This document shows, piece after piece, positions 40,464-41,250 of a stretch of 41,250 bases of DNA (position 1 is its first letter; each line of letters starts with the position of its first letter). Below the pieces are notes generated by a model. The model was not told the DNA's origin and did no database searches. It saw nothing but the letters and a program-made list of their open reading frames with translations. The position numbers were made by a program, and so were the translations under genes. This stretch comes from a virus (taxonomy: Duplodnaviria > Caudoviricetes): positions 1-41,250 of the IMG/VR virus record IMGVR_UViG_3300017913_000707, one strand, 5' to 3'.

Positions 40464-41108
40464 TTACTTGATGAGCTTACCGTACACTAGCTCAAAACCC
40501 AATCCGTAGCTCAGAGAATACAGCAGCGTTCTCTTAACGAACGGCTTCCAACCCTTGGTCTTGGGTGAAAGACAGATAGATGTGGTTATCATGATGTTTC
40601 TCGCAGCAACCGTTGCATGATACCCGTCAGTAAATGCAGCAAAAACTGTATTAGAACCTAGGAAGGCCTCACCTTGAGCTGGGTCTCCGTTCTCGTACTT
40701 GTTTCTCCAGCTTACTTCTGGATCCCAGAATTGCGGGTCTGCATTAGGGAAGGTGTTCTGAAACTCGTGGTAGTGAAACAGCAGGTCTTGATTGACGCCA
40801 TTAAAGGCACCAGCCAAAAACATAGAGGCTACTGGGAGAACCTCTTTCTTCCAGCTCATATCGCTTGGGGTGTACCCAGCATAGTCAGACTCTATCTCAC
40901 CAGAGATTAAGTTCGCTACACCACCTACAGCCCATACAGCTCCGATAGCTTCAGTTGGACCATCAGTGTAATTAACAAGAGCTAACCCACTGATAGTCAT
41001 TGCACTACCGACAAGATATTTATCTCTGTGAGTATTACCTGTATCGAAACGAAGCTGAGCGTTAAGACCGCTACTTATTGCAAAAAGAAATATAAGAACG
41101 AACCTCAT
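40464..41108 (-). CDS. Signal-peptide-bearing multi-pass membrane protein
   Basis: MRFVLIFLFAISSGLNA|Q signal; FWDPEVSWRNKY..F.GS.TVF..FTDGYH; several TM segments. Confidence 0.65.
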   Translation of the reverse strand: MRFVLIFLFAISSGLNAQLRFDTGNTHRDKYLVGSAMTISGLALVNYTDGPTEAIGAVWAVGGVANLISGEIESDYAGYTPSDMSWKKEVLPVASMFLAGAFNGVNQDLLFHYHEFQNTFPNADPQFWDPEVSWRNKYENGDPAQGEAFLGSNTVFAAFTDGYHATVAARNIMITTSICLSPKTKGWKPFVKRTLLYSLSYGLGFELVYGKLIK

Positions 41109-41250
41109 TAGTAGATCGAGTAGTAGTCGTTGATGTTGGTCTCAATGCCTGAGCGGTTGGAGGATTGGTCGGAGAAGTAAATGATAGTTTCCTGACGAAT
41201 CGGGGCATACGCGGTATTGTTTAAGCCGTACCTCAGTTCAAAATCGGAAT
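41108..41250 (-). CDS. C-terminal end of a fibre/LamG-like virion protein (5'-truncated by the window)
   Basis: Translated by hand: ..QETIIYFSDQSSNRSGIETNINDYYSIY-stop, TAATG-coupled to the next gene. Confidence 0.65.
   Translation of the reverse strand, partial: SDFELRYGLNNTAYAPIRQETIIYFSDQSSNRSGIETNINDYYSIY

Overview
Structural and packaging arm of a tailed dsDNA phage (Caudoviricetes) with a Crassvirales-like, podovirus-type gene set. The host is very probably a Bacteroidota (likely aquatic Flavobacteriales): there are six TATATTTGCA '-7' promoter boxes, AT-rich starts without Shine-Dalgarno motifs, a T9SS-CTD-like protein and an A|Q signal peptide. Almost all genes are on the minus strand. 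Read right to left they are: fibre C-terminus, membrane protein, an antisense winged-helix gene, GroES-like chaperonin, YkgJ Cys-cluster protein, putative TerS, HNH, a tRNA-like RNA plus tRNA-Arg(TCT), TerL, portal, tail-fibre/RCC1 module, four very basic small proteins, decoration proteins, scaffold-like protein, major capsid protein, ring proteins, a split muzzle/stabilisation protein, three candidate ejection proteins, a 3-TM holin and a small membrane-protein module. Most notable: (i) an A10 slippery run in the largest ejection-protein gene that opens a hidden -1 frame encoding an aromatic/Gly-rich beta-strand tail; (ii) a tRNA-like RNA with a UAU anticodon whose D-loop motif lies 3' of the anticodon arm; (iii) a muzzle gene split around a ~970-aa extension; (iv) a shared [YFMA]xxGG tag on unrelated proteins; (v) terminator-promoter-leaderless-start cassettes; (vi) unannotated micropeptides. 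All family assignments come from reading motifs by eye; no database search was run.
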